Source: Asterias rubens
Taxonomy: Eukaryota
Direction: 5' to 3'
DNA: 64,000 bases
NCBI RefSeq assembly: GCF_902459465.1
Contig: NC_047062.1
Location: forward strand, 16,740,001 to 16,804,000
Shown: positions 59,344 through 64,000 of the stretch, one piece after another
Layout of the letters: each line of letters begins with the position of its first letter
How positions within the stretch are numbered: the stretch's first letter is position 1
Program-made: the position numbers and the translations under genes
The notes under the pieces: generated by a model
What the model was told of the DNA's origin: nothing
Databases searched by the model: none
Seen by the model: the letters and a program-made list of their open reading frames with translations, nothing else

Positions 59344-59556
59344 GGCCCATGTCACACGAGGCAATTTACAGGCAACCAGTTCCAGGCAGTCTCTAAGAAG
59401 AAAAGGCATTCAGATTTGAGTTTTCACATATTTTTCTTGGGGATCGTAAACATTGTTTGAAAAATTACTCATGTGTTGTCAAAGTAGTCCGTTAGCATGC
59501 TCTGCAGTTGGTTGCCTCAAAGTTCCCTGTGAAAGTTGCTTTGTGTGACAAGGCCC
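59344..59556. mobile_element. Harbinger-type MITE with TTA TSD
   Basis: TTA|GGCCCATGTCACAC...GTGTGACAAGGCCC|TTA. Confidence 0.7.
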
Positions 59557-61128
59557 TTAAGCAGCACGGCCACATAAAATACAGTAAAATTAAACACATT
59601 TTTCAATGAATATTATCAATATAGCAACACTATTGACTTTTTACACCACTTCAAGCAACAAATTTGATGTTATGTACACAAAAATTTAACAATTTTATAC
59701 AAAATAAATGTTAATCTATTGACAATCCATTTACAGCTATCTCTATTAATATTTCATTGTTGATCCACAGAAATATCAGCAAACATATATCAGCCACATT
59801 TACAACTTTCGTTTTGACATTTGAAATGAATAAATCAAAATTCTGAACTTTTTGCTGCAAAATGTTTGCTCGACTATAAAATGTGGTACCTCATCACAGT
59901 ATCTGCACTTTCTATAAAATCTGAAATATATGGGGGAAGTATACTTCCCCAGAATCTCTACCATCAATAAAAAGATATATTAAAATCCTCTGGAAGACCA
60001 TATCATTGTTGAATTTTTTATAAAATCTTTGACTTATGGCAAAACATTTGAGTTTCAACCGATGAACAAACAACAGTCTAACTAAATACAATGAGGAAAA
60101 TATATAAAAAAAAAAAATAATAATAATAATTACAGACACACAATGACTGTGTCAAACTATTTTACAAAGTTATTTCATATATAGATTAATATAAATAAAA
60201 AAAATGAGGAATAGTTCACCCCTTACTTGAAATACAACTGAGTTATAAACCACAAGCAAAACTGACTGGGTAAGTTTTGAATAATTTGGGTGTGATCCCT
60301 GGCCACACGGCAGCCAACAGTTAAACAAAGACATTGACTAATAGGGAGACCACCAACATAGGGCTGGTCAGCTCAGTTGGTGTTTGGTACAGCTCTTGTA
60401 CGCTAATTCGGAGGTTGTTGGTTCAAAAGTCCCGCTCCAGTCATCTTTTCTTACACCAAACCCAAACCATTTGAAATACAATTGGTGAAATAATCTGACA
60501 CAACGAAGAGGAAGATTGTAGGTGACAGCTATTCACACAACCCACACATGGAGTAAAGTTATTCACAATACAGTGTGTACAACTTAAGTGAACAATTCAC
60601 AGTGTGCATGGTTGCTTGCAAGTGAACTGTGCTAACACTTGCTTGGTTTGTTTACTCAATACCAGCACCCACTATGAGGTGCCGGACTCCTGTCCCCAGT
60701 TGAAAGCATCAAACCTTAATTCCTTCCGAATCCGGTAATTTAAGTGATGTTTGAAAGCTTTGCATGGTCTGGATACTAAGACAAAACTATTTCTAGTCAT
60801 GCTTGCAGATACAACAGTGTGAAATTGTTGCGCTCTCATAAGAGCTGTTTAATTTCGACATTTCAAACAGTGAACTCTGTTTGTCTCCAGTCTAGTTATG
60901 TCACGGAAGAAGTAAAGTAATGGAAAAAGTGAATGGATAGAATGTAGATGTTGCTGGTTCCAATTTATGCTACTAATGGATAATTGAATGATGAGAAGGG
61001 CTTCTGTGATTATTTGATCTAAAATGTCATACTTTCACATACACAGGCCAGTCTTTTTCTTAAACTCGGCTTAGGTTCTGTTGCTGGCTCTGTTTGGTGT
61101 GGGAAATACCCTGCAACAAATTGACCAC

Positions 61129-61440
61129 AGAGCCAAAGCCGGAGCTCGGGCCCAAGCTGGAGCCAGAGCCCAAGCCAGAACTGGAGCCTGAGCCAGAGTC
61201 CAACCTGGAGCTGGAGCCTGAGCCAGAGCCCAAGCCAGGGCAACAAGCTGGAGCCAGAGCCCAAGACTGAACCTGAACTCATGAGGGTGCCAGAGCCTAA
61301 GCTGGAGCTAGAGCTCAAGCTGGAGTCCAGGCCCAAGTCGGAGCCAGAGCCCAAGACTAAACCAGAGCCCAAGAGGGCGCCAGAGCCTAGGGCCCAAGTC
61401 AGAGCCTGCATCAAAGCCCAAGCCAGAGCTGAGGTTTGGA
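61129..61440 (+). repeat. Codon-like 6/12/18-bp repeat (GAGCCAGAGCCCAAG) encoding EPEPK-type repeats, with frameshifts
   Basis: Reads EPKPELGPKLEPEPKPELEPEPES... and shifts frame near 61240 and 61390. Confidence 0.7.
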
Positions 61441-62105
61441 AAAGGCCCCATGATCCTCCACAGAGCTATTGGAGCCGAATGCCAACTGAAACCCCCCTGT
61501 AGGTATTCAAATTTTCCCCATAGAGATGCCTGTTACCACAGCAGGCCTGATAAACAGGTTGTCCCCCCAAAAACCTCAAAAGTGGATGTCAGGTGAGACC
61601 CAGATCAGACTACCTCATTGGGTGACACTGTGATGAAAAGAGTATAACTAGACTTTGGATGGTTCAACATAATAAATCTACCTGGGGTTTAACGGAATTC
61701 CCCTGCTCTTATATGAGTTCATTATACCCATCATCAGACCAAATCAAAAATGGAGGAATCACACCTTTGATTGCTAACTATCTGTACAGAGAATAAGGCA
61801 CACAAATAACCGGACACACAAACTGGTGTAGAGGAAACTCACAACACACAGCATTTTTCTCTGGTGGGATTCGAACCCAGGACCTTTTGCAACTCTAGAG
61901 CAGTGTCTTACCAACTGACAGATGTTCATACCCTGTGCAGGGTCACAGTACAATGAGTAGAATCAATAGAAATCCATGAGATCAAGGTCAACAAGGACTC
62001 CCTTGTATTTGTCAATCAATCATGATCTAAATCTCTTCATTATATCACAATCATCAGTGACTGCTCCTGGCTAACCCTCCATGCGTACAAGATGTGCGTT
62101 CTCAA

Positions 62106-62400
62106 CATAGAGTTATAAAAAAGAACTAGAGGGCGCACTGGCCTATATACGCGACCTGGCATGCGCGCAGGCAGCCATTTTCTAAGTTGACAAAACAGAC
62201 ACCGCACAGCGTGTGTTTGTGCGACCATTTTGTAAGTTGACAAAACAGCATCGCGTAGAGTTCAATAAACACGAACTCCAACATGTGTTTCATATTCAAC
62301 GCGTGCTAAGAATGGCGCGCGCATGTCTCCTTGCGGTCCCGTCGCGTTTGTGCAAGAAGCATCACCAGTGCGCCCTCTAGTTCTTATATATAACTCTATG
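62106..62400. mobile_element. MITE with TIRs of about 35 bp
   Basis: CATAGAGTTATA..AGAACTAGAGGGCGCACTGG / CCAGTGCGCCCTCTAGTTCT..TATAACTCTATG. Confidence 0.8.
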
Positions 62401-62821
62401 GTTTTTCATCACTTCATCATAGTGTGGCGTGATTATGTTTTGATCGCATTCAACGAATTTGATCTTGGATTAAAAAAAATTCTTCCTCGACTTGATGCGA
62501 AGACTCTCTATGGGATCAGTGTCTCGTAATAAATTTGTAAAAAGTTTAGTACTCATAGATAATGCCTTAGTTTGGAACACTTAGGTCCGAGCGTCATATT
62601 TGTGTAAAAAATAACAAGAAGAAACTCTGCCGATTAAAATGTTACCGATGTTTAGTTGGCGGAGGCAGAAGAAACTGGCGACTGTTGAGAGCTTTCAGCT
62701 CCCCGGGTGAGGAAAGGTGCTTTCTTTCTCCTCCTTGACTTAGGTTCTAAAATAGTGAGAGAAAAAAGAAAATAATCAAAATCATTAAATATAAGTTCAT
62801 CTGTATATTGAAGATGACGAT

Positions 62822-62985
62822 TTAAAAGATTCGTCTTTACAAAATCCAAAATTTTGCAGATGTTACTTACATTTAATTGTAGTTACGTTTCACTCCTTAG
62901 CTCGGAGCTACGTTAGAAGTAACTACTTAATTATATGCAAGTAACATCTACATAATTTTGGATTTGTAAAAACGAATCTTTTTAT
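62822..62985. repeat. Palindromic element whose centre resembles the 4070-4095 hammerhead stem II
   Basis: AAAAGATTCG..TACAAAATCCAAAATT pairs with AATTTTGGATTTGTA..CGAATCTTTT; the centre is GTTTCACTCCTTAGCTCGGAGCT. Confidence 0.6.
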
Positions 62986-64000
62986 TAACAATAATCAAAT
63001 TTAAACCCAACTATTGTTCACTTGTTTGTTTTATATTACATGCTACTAGCTAGTTCCTGATCAAGTGTTTAAACTTTATTTGAAGCCAAGTGGTTCACCG
63101 ACAATCATTGCAAGATTATTTATAAAGCTACTGCATACTGCACACAGCATTTACACAGGATGCGCGCACAAAATTACTGATTTGCCTGTAAACATGGCCG
63201 AATTTACACTGTGTGACGTCAAACAGTAACTATCTTTGTGCGCTTTGGTGATGCCATGGAAGAGTCAGTACAGTCCTTCGTATCCGGCTTGTGTAGAGTA
63301 TCCTTCACTTGCCTTCACTCAGGCAGCACTAATACATTCTTTGCAGGCTTCATGCAATAACAGACTGTGCATTTATTTTATTGATATATTGATTCTAAAT
63401 TATGAAAAACACTGACTGGCAGACAGTTGGCTTTCAAGCTTCCCTTACAAGTAGGTTTGCACATGGATGTTTCCATTATGCTTCAAGGGAAAGTTCATAT
63501 TGTTTTTGCTATTACTACTTACATGTAGTATTTATATCACTACCTGTTAATTTTTTTCCCATTTCATTACATAACTTTCAATTGTCGATGTGGGAAGAAA
63601 CTCCAGGTAAAACCAACAGGCCTTCGAATAACCCACGGCACCAACAGCATTTGCTGTGGTGTCTACCTTTGTTTTTGCTGTGACGCCCTTTGCAAAAGCT
63701 CCAAAACAAATTTACATTTTCCTGGATGCAAGTGCCCCTTACAGGAGCAAAACTGCTGTGTCCTTCAAGAACAAAACTTAAGGCTTGAACTAATGGTAGG
63801 GACTGAAAACGAATTCACTAAGCACCCCCCCCCCCCATTGGGATCTGAACCGGGGTCCAAGAGGAGGAAGGCAAGAAAAGATGCCATTATGCCAAAGCCA
63901 GTAGGACTTGATTTCTGGGCCATAAAGTTTAGGACTGCATCTGAGACGTCCAAGTCTGCACTTGATAGCCAGTTAACAGATAGTTGTCTTTCAAGCCTCC

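Noticed and set aside
63745-64000. Frames open on both strands to the window end, with a KRRKARK stretch
   Set aside because: 63680-63775 matches the CAGG..CCTG MITE body, and 63838-63900 reads on - as a decayed tRNA-SINE head (TGGCATAATGG..GGTTCAGATCCC). The openness is probably incidental.

Overview
This is AT-rich, intron-rich animal genomic DNA. The gene structure and repeat landscape suggest an invertebrate deuterostome, possibly a sea star (inference). Three complete spliced genes can be assembled by hand with GT-AG introns and consistent phases: a VRK1-like kinase (+, 11 coding exons, 530 aa), FANCL (-, 9 coding exons, 376 aa) convergent with VRK, and GCH1 (-, 6 coding exons, 250 aa). 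The first coding exon of an unidentified gene lies head-to-head with VRK at the left edge. The rest is a dense transposon landscape: TTAA-flanked Kolobok-type MITEs, Harbinger-type MITEs, TAG..CTA elements with 9-bp TSDs, a CAGG..CCTG family with 6-bp TSDs, tRNA-derived SINEs, L2 and RTE fragments, decayed Academ-like transposase pieces, nested insertions and minisatellites. No CRISPR array, rRNA or intact tRNA was seen, and I cannot support a wholly new multi-gene system. The best leads are: (1) a 1.6-kb foldback element with six octamer/homeobox-bearing 210-bp repeats, lying between a textbook CDE/CHR promoter element and the FANCL 5' UTR donor; (2) several fossil minimal hammerhead-ribozyme motifs; (3) VRK-FANCL tail-to-tail microsynteny. 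All comparisons to human genes and TE superfamilies are from memory and need database checks.
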